64,000 nt of DNA from assembly GCA_963666285.1 (NCBI GenBank), contig OY762711.1; one strand, given 5' to 3'. Positions 1 through 7,660 of this stretch are shown one piece after another. Position numbers and translations under genes: made by a program. Position 1 is the stretch's first letter; each line of letters starts with the position of its first letter. The notes under the pieces were generated by a model. That model did not search any database. It saw nothing but the letters and a program-made list of their open reading frames with translations, and was not told the DNA's origin. This DNA comes from Sedimentisphaerales bacterium (GTDB lineage Bacteria; Planctomycetota; Phycisphaerae; Sedimentisphaerales; SM23-30).

Positions 1-207
1 CGTGATACGGGGCCAGGTATAGAAAAAGAGCTTTTAGATAGTGGTGTTATTTTTGATCCAGAGTTTTCAACTAAAGACGAAGGGTCGGGTTTAGGCTTAG
101 CTATTGCTGGAGAAGCAGCAAGTCGAAATGGTTTTTCCTTAAAAGCATTTGATTCTGACTCTGGTGCCTATTTCAGGTTACAACCAATTGAAGAAGATGA
201 GGAATAA
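1..207 (+). CDS. C-terminal end of a histidine kinase/GHKL ATPase (HATPase_c), truncated by the window edge
   Basis: Frame +1 reads RDTGPGIEKELLDSGVIFDPEFSTKDEGSGLGLAIAGEAASRNG...EEDEE*, with G1 (DTGPG), F and G2 (GSGLGL) boxes; absent from the ORF track. Confidence 0.85.
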   Translation, partial: RDTGPGIEKELLDSGVIFDPEFSTKDEGSGLGLAIAGEAASRNGFSLKAFDSDSGAYFRLQPIEEDEE

Positions 208-210
208 TTG

Positions 211-1296
211 ATGTCTGTTTTTAACCTTTTAATTATAGAAGATGATGATCGTGATATCCAAATATGTAAATCTACAATTACAAGATATATGAAAGAAAAA
301 AAACGTAATATTAATGTTGAATATTGTAAAGATAAAGAGTCAGCTTTGTCTATGATTTCAAACAAATTTGATGGAACAATTATCGATCTTAAACTTGATG
401 ACACTGATGATTATGTCGGAAATGACCTTGTTAGTGAGATTCGGAAACGGTATAGAATACCGATTTCTATTTTGACGGGAACACCTGGTCAGTATGATGG
501 AAAAGATGACTTTATTAAAGCATATAAAAAAGGGGAGACAGGGTATGGTGATATTCTTGATGTATTTTATGAGATTTACGATACTGGATTAACAAAGATT
601 CTTGGAGGGAGAGGGTTGATTGAAGATCACATGACAGATATATTTTGGAGCAATATACTTCCTCAGTTAGAAAAATGGAAGCAGTATTGTACATGTGGCA
701 AAGATACTCAAAGTGCATTATTGCGGGTAACACTAAATCATCTTATGGATGTTCTGGATGAAGATGCTGAAAGTTATTTTCCTGAAGAAATGTATATCAA
801 TCCACCTCTAGCAAAAAGATATAAAACAGGAAGCATTGTGAAAAAGAAAGAATCTGAGGGAAAATATGTTATTCTTAGTCCTGCTTGTGATATGGCAATA
901 AGAAATGATAAACCAAAAACTGATAGAGTATTGCTGTGTTGTATTGAGAGTTTCGTAAAAGGTAAGTCATTAATTAAAAAGGCAAATAGGGGCGAGGTTG
1001 AAATAAGAAGTAAGGCAATAGATCAAATTGATAGAATAATTAAAAATAACTGTGCATTATATTATCATTTTTTGCCCCAAACTATGCACTTTGAGGGAGG
1101 AGTTGTTAATTTTAGAAAAATTGAAACTTATTCAATTAAAGAGTTTCATTCATTATTTTCTGAAATTAAAGTACAGCTGACTTCACCGTTTATAAAAGAT
1201 GTTATTGCAAGGTTTTCATCATATTATGCTCGTCAAGGGCAACCTGATTTGAATTTTGATGAACTTAGAGACGAAATTGTTAACTATGAATTCTAA
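211..1296 (+). CDS. Response-regulator receiver domain fused to an uncharacterised C-terminal domain
   Basis: N-terminal LLIIEDD...IIDLKL...ILTG receiver motifs; C-terminal TGSIV...ILSPACD...YHFLP...RFSSYYARQGQPD; starts 3 nt after the kinase stop. Confidence 0.75.
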   Translation: MSVFNLLIIEDDDRDIQICKSTITRYMKEKKRNINVEYCKDKESALSMISNKFDGTIIDLKLDDTDDYVGNDLVSEIRKRYRIPISILTGTPGQYDGKDDFIKAYKKGETGYGDILDVFYEIYDTGLTKILGGRGLIEDHMTDIFWSNILPQLEKWKQYCTCGKDTQSALLRVTLNHLMDVLDEDAESYFPEEMYINPPLAKRYKTGSIVKKKESEGKYVILSPACDMAIRNDKPKTDRVLLCCIESFVKGKSLIKKANRGEVEIRSKAIDQIDRIIKNNCALYYHFLPQTMHFEGGVVNFRKIETYSIKEFHSLFSEIKVQLTSPFIKDVIARFSSYYARQGQPDLNFDELRDEIVNYEF

Positions 1297-1320
1297 GAAA
1301 GGCTCATTCTGTCTAGCTCC

Positions 1321-1794
1321 CTAAATCATAATCTTAGCTAACTCCAGGTTCTTTTTTGAGCAGCTAACATACCAGGCGTTCATCCGTTTGTCCCAGCTTC
1401 TGATTTTTAGAAATAGATCCCAGGAGAACTCGTGGATAGATTTCAGGGTAAGGTCGTTGTTGAGTTTGACGAGAAGCAAGTATTCAAATAATTGTTTATC
1501 CGGGTTACTGATGTCCGGATAAACTGTTCCTGTCTTTTTGGCTTTGAGGTTGGTCTTGATGGAATAGCGTTCACCGTCGCGAGAGATAGCATCGACGTTT
1601 TTTGTTCCAGTTGGGGCCGCGAATAGGACAGGCAGGCTGGCAGTGGAATTGAAATGCTCGATAGCAAGTTCTTCGCCGATATCTCCGATGCTGAAAGATA
1701 TACCCCTTTTACCCATTTCGACTTCCAGGGATGCTCTGAGTTTTTTAAGTTCGCTGTCAAATAGTTTTTCCAGATTTATGTTTTGTATTTTCAT
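1321..1794 (-). CDS. Putative PD-(D/E)XK restriction-endonuclease-fold protein (DUF6998/PvuII-like)
   Basis: GDIGEE...NVDAISRDGERYSIK resembles the E...D...(E)xK catalytic layout; 157 aa. Confidence 0.55.
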   Translation of the reverse strand: MKIQNINLEKLFDSELKKLRASLEVEMGKRGISFSIGDIGEELAIEHFNSTASLPVLFAAPTGTKNVDAISRDGERYSIKTNLKAKKTGTVYPDISNPDKQLFEYLLLVKLNNDLTLKSIHEFSWDLFLKIRSWDKRMNAWYVSCSKKNLELAKIMI

Positions 1795-1800
1795 GAGATT

Positions 1801-1841
1801 AATTTACCACTATTGCCTGATTATGTCAAGTGGTGTATAAT
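1801..1841. promoter_or_regulatory. Overlapping divergent sigma70-type promoters
   Basis: Plus strand: TTGCCT(1813-1818)-17 bp-TATAAT(1836-1841). Minus strand: TTGACA(1829-1824)-17 bp-TAAATT(1806-1801) with a TGn extension; predicted start falls at or near the ATG at 1794. Confidence 0.6.
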
Positions 1842-1909
1842 TGTTTTAACCGGATTGCTGATGTCCGGATAGTATTGGAAAAGAAAAAAACATAAAAGGA
1901 GTTTCTGTT

Positions 1910-2170
1910 ATGTATGATAAACAAATCGAATCAATTACTGATGTTCATGACTTTTTCACTTATCTTATTGATATTGAATCTCTGAATTTACACCCTGATA
2001 TTGAGTTTTCTGATTACGTATCCATTGCAAAGGGAGAAAAGACACTTGATGATAGTCAAGCTCTGCACTATCAGAAGTTACTTGACGATGCTTTTGCTGT
2101 ATGTGAAAAGTCCGGGATTTGTATATATGATATTGGTCTGAAAATATTTATGAGCAGGCTAAATAATTAA
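1910..2170 (+). CDS. Small acidic hypothetical protein
   Basis: 86-aa ORF with AAGGAG RBS, LNLHPDIEFSDY motif; directly abuts vsr. Confidence 0.7.
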   Translation: MYDKQIESITDVHDFFTYLIDIESLNLHPDIEFSDYVSIAKGEKTLDDSQALHYQKLLDDAFAVCEKSGICIYDIGLKIFMSRLNN

Positions 2171-2599
2171 ATGGCGGATGTGTTGACGAGAAAGCAGCGG
2201 CGATATAATATGTCGCAGATAAAGGGTAAGGATACGAAGCCAGAGATGGTAGTGCGTAAGCTGTTGCATGGTCTTGGGTATCGGTACCGGCTGCATGGCA
2301 AGGGGCTGCCGGGCAGGCCTGACCTGGTGTTTGCGGGCAGGAAGAAAGTGGTCTTTGTTAACGGGTGCTATTGGCATAGGCATGAATGTGAACTGGGTAG
2401 GCCGGTGCCGGGTACGAGGACGAAGTTCTGGTTAGAGAAGTTTGCACTTACGGTTGAGCGTGACCGGGAGAATTATGCGAAGCTTAAAGAGGGAGGCTGG
2501 GAGGTATTGGTTGTGTGGGAGTGTGAGCTTAAGGATATGGGGAAGCTGGAAGTGAAGCTGGTGGAGTATTTGAGGGAGAAGGAAAGCTTCGCTAAATGA
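2171..2599 (+). CDS. vsr: Very-short-patch repair endonuclease Vsr
   Basis: MADVLTRKQRRYNMSQIKGKDTKPE, LPGRPD, FVNGCYWHRH and GWEVLVVWECE motifs. Confidence 0.95.
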   Translation: MADVLTRKQRRYNMSQIKGKDTKPEMVVRKLLHGLGYRYRLHGKGLPGRPDLVFAGRKKVVFVNGCYWHRHECELGRPVPGTRTKFWLEKFALTVERDRENYAKLKEGGWEVLVVWECELKDMGKLEVKLVEYLREKESFAK

Positions 2600-2786
2600 A
2601 AAATGAAAAGTGAAAATGAAAAGTTGAGGTGTCCTGAAGTACGTTGACATCAGGAATAATTTGCTGACGCGAGTTATTTTAAATCGCGCGGGTGGGAAAA
2701 TGCTTTACCACGAATGAACGCGAATAAACACCAATAATATATAAGGTGACTCGCTACCGCTCGTGTTTTATTAATAATATTTTATA

Positions 2787-2900
2787 TTATAGAACGATTC
2801 TTTCCCATTGTAATTTTGGATATTTTAAATTAAGGATTAGGCCCATACGAAGATTAGAAATTCTGAGGTAAATTATTATTTGACCTTTTTCGTTGCGGAT
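2787..2900 (-). pseudogene. Remnant C-terminus of a GxxExxY-family protein
   Basis: Minus frame reads IRNEKGQIIIYLRISNLRMGLILNLKYPKLQWERIVL*, like the Q..NYL......GL.LNF....L...RIVL ending of GxxExxY proteins; no matching 5' part. Confidence 0.65.
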
Positions 2901-3392
2901 AAGTTTGCCAGCTAAAATATATAAGAGGTGAACCACGGATTCACACCGATGGACACTGATTTTATTGCTGAGGAGGCGAGCTACGCTAAATGAAAAGTGA
3001 AAAATGAAAAGTTGAGGTGTCCTGATGTATGTTGACATCAGGAATAATCCGCATTCGCGGACGACTTGTTTTAAAGCTGGCGCGGGAGTAAAGATTGAAC
3101 CATGAATCCGCCTGCGGTGGGAAAATGCTTTACCACTGAAATAACTGAGGAGACGGAAAAAGGAAATATGACATATACGACGTATGCGACATATAGGACA
3201 GATAGGACAAATAATGTCTGAGATCTGAAAAGATTGTGTTGCTGTTGTTCGACTTGCAGCGCTCGCTCAGGACAGGCGAGTGACCAAGTTTAAATCGGCT
3301 GGCTCCGAATATGCCGAGCTCCGCCTGAGGCGGATATCATTCAGCTCGGCGTTGGCAGGAATTATGAGTCGCTGCGCGACGGCTGGTTTATT

Positions 3393-3416
3393 GTCAGGCA
3401 GGGATGCCTGACCTAC
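3393..3416 (-). repeat. GTAG-class REP-like palindrome
   Basis: Minus strand GTAG-GTCAGGCA-TCCC-TGCCTGAC: GTAG tetranucleotide followed by a perfect 8-bp stem. Confidence 0.55.
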
Positions 3417-4008
3417 TATGTCCTTAACGATGTTGGTTTGGATGGAGATTGGAAGATATTAAGCAGAGTGGTTTTGATAAGATTTGTCTCTCGCAGAGGA
3501 CGCAAAGCTCGCAAAGAAAGGGAGTGAAGTTAATGAAGGAAGGGAGAGGGAGAGGAAAAAAGTAAACGGTAAGAGGTGAGAGGTAAGAATTGATGTGTCC
3601 TGATGTACGTTGACATCAGGAATAATCCGCATTCGCGGACGACATGTTTTAAAGCTGGCGCGGGAGTAAAGATTGAACCATGAATCCGCCTTCGGCGGGA
3701 AAATGCTTTACCACGAATCAGAAGAGTTAGAAGCAAGAAGCGAGGAGGGAGAGGTACCAGGTAAAAAGTAAGAGGGAAGAGGGAAGAGTTGAGGTGTCCG
3801 CTTCGCGGACGGCTTGTTTTAAACGGCTAACGCCTAAAAGAGAACCACCGATAACCAATAATATAAGGTGACTCGCTACCGCTCGTGCTTTATTAATATA
3901 GGGGTGAGGTGGTTTAGGTGGTGTAAGTGGTTGTTATTTATGTGGTTATGGGGGTTTAGGGTAAAAAATAATAAATTAATTTGCAAGTTGGTGTATGTGG
4001 GTGTATAG

Positions 4009-4028
4009 TGTATTATGTAAGTAATACA
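4009..4028. promoter_or_regulatory. Putative YtrA-type GntR operator
   Basis: Perfect inverted repeat TGTATTA-tgtaag-TAATACA about 210 bp upstream of the GntR gene. Confidence 0.65.
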
Positions 4029-4241
4029 GTGATACTATAAGCAATAAAGCGTAGCTGTATTGCTTAGGAGTGAAGAGTGATGAACGAAGGGTGAAGAATT
4101 AAGGTGTCCCGATGTGCGTCGGGACCATATTTTAATGCTGACGCAAAGAATATCGACAAGTGCTTCATAGTTTGTTAATGCTGATGCCTGACAGGCGGAA
4201 GCAGTTAAGAACTAGAAATGAATTTTTAAGGTGGAACCTTA

Positions 4242-4646
4242 ATGTTAATAGAGTTAGATCATCATAGCGGCGTGCCAATCTATCGTCAGATAATCGATCA
4301 GATCCGGCATGCGATAATTGCCGGAGAGCTGGGCGAGGGCGAGCAGCTGGAGACAGTTCGCGAGCTGGCGGGTCGGCTGAAGGTAAACCCGATGACGGTA
4401 AGTAAGGCGTATTCGATGCTGGAGATGGAGAAGCTGGTGGAGCGAAGGCGTGGGATCGGGCTGTTTGCTGCGAAGGTTGACGGGCCTGATGTTGATGTTG
4501 CCAAACGAGAGATGGTGGCACAGGCGATGGATCAGGCGGCGATGACGGTAATACAGCTGGGTTGTGATGAGGAAGAGGCGGTTAGGATGTTCAGGGAGCA
4601 GATAAAGAAATTAAGAATTAAGGCCACCACTAAAAATTCATTTTAA
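4242..4646 (+). CDS. GntR-family transcriptional regulator, YtrA subfamily
   Basis: SGVPIYRQIIDQI...LETVRELAGRLKVNPMTVSKAYSMLE wHTH, short C-terminus, ABC genes downstream. Confidence 0.92.
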   Translation: MLIELDHHSGVPIYRQIIDQIRHAIIAGELGEGEQLETVRELAGRLKVNPMTVSKAYSMLEMEKLVERRRGIGLFAAKVDGPDVDVAKREMVAQAMDQAAMTVIQLGCDEEEAVRMFREQIKKLRIKATTKNSF

Positions 4647-4702
4647 GCGAGAGGTGGATCTCCACCTTTCGCAATGAAAGCAATTTCCAGAGGTAACCTT
4701 AA
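4618..4702. mobile_element. Short MITE-like element related to 61358-61526
   Basis: Ends TTAAGGCCACCACTAAAAATT...AATTTCCAGAGGTAACCTTAA; internal hairpin AGGTGGA-TC-TCCACCT; contains the GntR stop codon. Confidence 0.55.
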
Positions 4703-4804
4703 GAAATCATAAGATAAAAATAGTTAGAAAATATTACCATGAAGGGCTTAGATAGGTCAAGTGAGCAACCTAAGAAAGGTATTAGGTACTTGGTATTAGG
4801 TGTT

Positions 4805-4960
4805 AGGGGAGGAAAGCCGCAGAAGAGAGTTAATAAGAAACAAGTAATAAGAAATAAGTTAAGGAAGTGACTTTGGTGAAGCTGATTGTTTGAAAGCGGA
4901 AAATGAGGAAATATAGATGAGTGTTGTAACGGAAAATATGAAACATATATATCAGAATAG
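4805..4960 (+). repeat. ~155-bp direct repeat, copy 1 (leader plus first ~14 codons of the permease)
   Basis: Near-identical to 7506-7660; 4875-4960 differs from its copy at one base. Confidence 0.95.
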
Positions 4961-6353
4961 AAGCTGTCTGGTATTTATGATAATCGTGACGGCGATAACT
5001 GTGCCGGTCGATCTTATGTTGATGCTGTGCGGTGACCTGGAGAAGGTAAGCTGGCAGCTGCCAGGGATATGGTGGATATCGGTGCTGGCGTTTTCGCTGT
5101 CGGCGTTGCGGGTAGATATAATGACGAAGGGCTTTTCGTATTGTATGCCGGGGGGGAAAGGACTTGCGTGGCAGGTGCTGCTGGTTTTTGGAGCGGCGGG
5201 CGCGATAATATGGTCGCTGAAATCCGTGGTTTTGATGGTGATATATGGTTTTCTGAAGCCGTCGTCGGTAGTGTCGATGACTTTGATGATGATTATGGCG
5301 GCGCAGGTGTCGTATTATCTGATATTGTTCTGGCTGAACGCGTGGCTGGGTACGAAGATTAATATGCCGACCGGGATAGGAGTAGTGATCTTTGAGCTGC
5401 TTATTTTGAATAAATTTAAGATAGAGCCGTATGCCATGGAGCCAGTTCAGCAGGCGGTAGTTGTGATGGTCGGGCTGGTAGTAACGTATATGTCGTGGAA
5501 CTACTGGACCAGAAGCGGGATGGCGAAGGATTATATTGGCAAGGTGTGGATATGTTCGCTGGGAGATGCGAGCCAAAGCCGGATCGAGAAATCACAGCGG
5601 TCGAGAGCAGAGAAGGTGTATGAGAAAAAGGGTAAACAGATAGAAGGAGTGACCAGGGCCGAAGATTATTTTATGGGTAAGATTAACGCTGCCGAGCGCG
5701 GCAGTAAACGGCAGTATATGTGGGGCAGTATATATTGTCATTTCGGCGCGTTTATGCCGGAGAAGAAAGTTATATCGCTAATGATATTTGTATTCTGGGG
5801 GGCGTTGATAGGTGCGACGTCATATTCACGGAACATAAACGGTTTCTGGTTTTTGTTTCCGTTTATGATGCAAATAGTAACTATTTTAACCAAACGCGAT
5901 TTCATTATGGCGGGGGTATTGTGCGGTCGTGAGAATATCTATCGGTCGATTATTTCGGTAGTGTTTTACTGGTATCGAGCGATACTGGTTGTAATGGCAA
6001 TAGCGATGATATTTACGGCGGTATGCAAGCTGTTTTTGCCTGGTATAGAGATAGGTGGGAAAGTATATACACCTGAATTTAAGTCTCTGTTAATATTGCT
6101 TTTTGTTGGAACTATAGTCGAGTTTTATGTGCTTAGTTTGTGTTTACTGTGGTATATGAAACCTGTCTTGAGTATTGGTTACCTGGTATTGCAGCCGACA
6201 ATAATGATTTATTTGACGGTGAAGTGCTTTTTTCCGATGAACCCATATGTTTGTTTGTACGCTTTCGGCTGGATTTGCATTTGCCTTGGTATATTTATGA
6301 AGGTTTTGAAAATGTATTGCGAGCGGTGTGATTTGGTGGTGAAGAAGAAATGA
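4917..6353 (+). CDS. Polytopic membrane protein, putative ABC-2-type permease (paralogue 1)
   Basis: About 12 hydrophobic segments; KGFSYCMPG and YMWGSIY motifs shared with paralogues; C-terminal RCDLV; GntR/ABC ATPase context. Confidence 0.7.
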   Translation: MSVVTENMKHIYQNRSCLVFMIIVTAITVPVDLMLMLCGDLEKVSWQLPGIWWISVLAFSLSALRVDIMTKGFSYCMPGGKGLAWQVLLVFGAAGAIIWSLKSVVLMVIYGFLKPSSVVSMTLMMIMAAQVSYYLILFWLNAWLGTKINMPTGIGVVIFELLILNKFKIEPYAMEPVQQAVVVMVGLVVTYMSWNYWTRSGMAKDYIGKVWICSLGDASQSRIEKSQRSRAEKVYEKKGKQIEGVTRAEDYFMGKINAAERGSKRQYMWGSIYCHFGAFMPEKKVISLMIFVFWGALIGATSYSRNINGFWFLFPFMMQIVTILTKRDFIMAGVLCGRENIYRSIISVVFYWYRAILVVMAIAMIFTAVCKLFLPGIEIGGKVYTPEFKSLLILLFVGTIVEFYVLSLCLLWYMKPVLSIGYLVLQPTIMIYLTVKCFFPMNPYVCLYAFGWICICLGIFMKVLKMYCERCDLVVKKK

Positions 6354-6356
6354 AAG

Positions 6357-6425
6357 AGTGAGAAGAGAGAAGAGAGAAGAGAGAAGTGAGAAGAGAGAAG
6401 TGAGAAGAGAGAGGTAAGAGGTAGC
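6357..6425 (+). repeat. Tandem heptamer tract (GAGAAGA/GAGAAGT)n
   Basis: Directly visible 7-nt periodicity between permease 1 and the ankyrin gene. Confidence 0.85.
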
Positions 6426-6500
6426 GAGTAATAAGTAACAAGTAATGAGAAATAAGTTAAAGAGGAAAATCGATTTTTTTAGTAAATAAGAAAGGGAAAA

Positions 6501-7460
6501 ATGAAACAGATAGTAAGCATAATATTGATAATATTGGGAATTGTGACGTATTTATATTTTGGCAGGAAACCGGATCTATTGAAAGAGGCAATGTTTAGCC
6601 CGGCCGGCAAAATACAGATGCTGATCGATAAGGGGGCAGATGTAAATAAAGTTAACGCTAACGGTCAGAATATTTTGTATATAGCAGCGGGTAATAATCC
6701 GCATCCAGGTGTTGTAGAAGTTCTGGTTGATGCCGGTGCTGATGTAAAAGCGGCCGGTAGTGACGGCTGGACAGCACTTCATGCGGCGTTATATCGAAAT
6801 TCGTCGCCAGAAACATTGAAGCTGCTGATAGATCACGGGGCAGAAGTTAACCGGCAGGGTAAAGACGGCTGGTCGCCGTTTCATGTGGCGTGTAAGTCGT
6901 GCTGGAGTGTTGAAAGCCTGGAGCTGCTGATGGAGAATGGAGCTGACCTTTCGCTGAAGACGGGGGCGGGAGATACGCCGTTAATTTGTGCGGTGAAATA
7001 TAATAATGCGAAAGTGATAAAATACCTGATCGATGCTGGTGCGGATGTTAATGCCGCAGATAATGATAAGCGAAGTGTTTTGCATTTGGCCTGTGTATTG
7101 AATTGTAAGCCGGAGATAATAAAGCTGCTTATTGATGCGGGTGCTGATGTTGGTGCTCGTGAGAAGTTTAATTGTACTCCGCTGCATCTGGCGGCCGGGT
7201 GTGCGAACGATCCGGTGATAATAGATATGTTTGTGGAAGCGGGTGCAGATGTTAACGCACAGGATGACGGCGGTCGGATACCGCTGCATGTCTTGGGTAA
7301 GCGAACGGATAACCCTGGTATTGTCGAGGCGCTGGTAAGGCATGGTTCGGATCTGACGATACTGAATAAGAAAGGTCAGACGCCGTTGGAATATGCACGT
7401 GAGAAAAACAGTAAAGTAATAATCGAAGCTTTAGAGAAAGCTGGTAATAACTCAAACTGA
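6501..7460 (+). CDS. Membrane-anchored ankyrin-repeat protein
   Basis: N-terminal hydrophobic helix then ~8 repeats of the G.TPLH.A...LIDAGADVNA type. Confidence 0.93.
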   Translation: MKQIVSIILIILGIVTYLYFGRKPDLLKEAMFSPAGKIQMLIDKGADVNKVNANGQNILYIAAGNNPHPGVVEVLVDAGADVKAAGSDGWTALHAALYRNSSPETLKLLIDHGAEVNRQGKDGWSPFHVACKSCWSVESLELLMENGADLSLKTGAGDTPLICAVKYNNAKVIKYLIDAGADVNAADNDKRSVLHLACVLNCKPEIIKLLIDAGADVGAREKFNCTPLHLAAGCANDPVIIDMFVEAGADVNAQDDGGRIPLHVLGKRTDNPGIVEALVRHGSDLTILNKKGQTPLEYAREKNSKVIIEALEKAGNNSN

Positions 7461-7505
7461 CCGATGGTCAGTTTGAGAGGCATAAGAGATAAGGGATAAG
7501 GCATA

Positions 7506-7660
7506 AGGGGAGGAAAGCCGCGGAAGAGAGTAATAAGAAACAAGTAATAAGAAGTAAGTTACGGAGGCGACTTCGGTGAAGCTGATTGTTTGAAAGCGGA
7601 AAATGAGGAAATATAGATGAGTGTTGTAACGGAAAATATGAAGCATATATATCAGAATAG
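7506..7660 (+). repeat. ~155-bp direct repeat, copy 2
   Basis: Near-identical to 4805-4960; the two ATGs are exactly 2700 bp apart. Confidence 0.95.

Larger units (their letters stand above)
2585..4141 (+). repeat. Cluster of family-A intergenic repeats (purine-rich heptamers, AGGTGT, variable hairpin, TTTTAAA) mixed with other palindromic modules
   Basis: Copies at ~2585-2711, 2979-3136, 3585-3714, 3785-3830 and 4094-4141; core GTGTCCTGATGTACGTTGACATCAGGAATAAT in three of them. Confidence 0.85.

Noticed and set aside
1804..1831. dif-like site (TTATGTCAAGT resembles a XerD arm)
   Set aside because: The left arm lacks the ATAA of a XerC arm; the sequence is better explained as a minus-strand TTGACA promoter.
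1488..1871. 35-bp duplication as a diversity-generating retroelement TR/VR pair
   Set aside because: Too short, the differences are not adenine-specific, and no reverse transcriptase is in the window.
2432..3736. Short minus-strand ORFs starting MSTY(F/I)RT (2432-2650, 2787-3038, 3530-3736; also 13067-13252) as a peptide family
   Set aside because: They are translations of the family-A repeat; only the 2787-2900 tail looks protein-derived.
2585..3830. Repeat cluster as a CRISPR array
   Set aside because: Spacing is irregular (about 200-600 bp), the intervals contain other repeats, copies are dispersed elsewhere, and there are no cas genes.
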